DNA of 60,842 nucleotides, the filler included. It is 6 parts of 6 records of this genome, joined end to end, with 100 filler letters (N's around TTAATTAATTAA, not from the genome) between each part and the next. Parts side by side here need not be neighbours in the genome. Positions count along the whole stretch, not along the records: positions 50,386 to 60,842 come from SRR31156797_265; 5 more parts are not named here. One strand, written 5' to 3'. Below the pieces are notes generated by a model. The model saw only the letters and a list, made by a program, of their open reading frames with translations, searched no databases and was not told the DNA's origin. Positions within the stretch are counted from its first letter, which is position 1, and every line of letters begins with the position of its first letter. Both the position numbers and the translations under genes were made by a program. Below, piece after piece: positions 60,840 to 60,842 of the stretch.

Positions 60840-60842
60840 AGA

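Overview
This window is not one genomic region. It is six contigs joined by identical 100-nt artificial spacers (N44-TTAATTAATTAA-N44), and the contigs look like they come from several organisms. Contig 1 (1-17876) resembles Desulfovibrionaceae: glycosyltransferases, a tandem PACE exporter pair with a LysR regulator, an amino-acid ABC transporter, a sigma54 activator, serS, pncC, a porin, thpR and an HtrA protease. Contig 2 (17977-24197) is AT-rich Campylobacterota DNA: hsrA/cosR plus a kinase, bioB, a CPA2 antiporter, an AMIN protein and eno. Contig 3 (24298-33859) carries the most interesting locus, an apparently anaerobic mycofactocin-type RiPP cofactor cluster. It runs: sigma54 activator, -24/-12 promoter, Mno/Mdo-like nicotinoprotein alcohol dehydrogenase, a 44-46 aa MftA precursor ending ELSVDGICGVY (missed by the ORF track), MftB, MftC, an aldehyde:ferredoxin oxidoreductase and a MoaD/ThiS-like protein. 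No mftD, mftE or mftF is present on the contig. Contig 4 (33960-44767) is AT-rich: alpha-2-macroglobulin, a macrodomain protein, ssb, purN, rph, divergent shikimate genes and a PLD. Contig 5 (44868-50285) is a Cys-less thiolase/DUF35/MaoC/flavoprotein/CoA-ligase catabolic operon with a small MITE-like repeat. Contig 6 (50386-60842) has a dimethylglycine dehydrogenase-like gene with etfBA, an integrase relic, RidA, a six-PAS hybrid kinase and an Rrf2 regulator with a palindromic operator. I saw no rRNA, tRNA or CRISPR array. All family calls come from motif recognition by eye; no database search was run.
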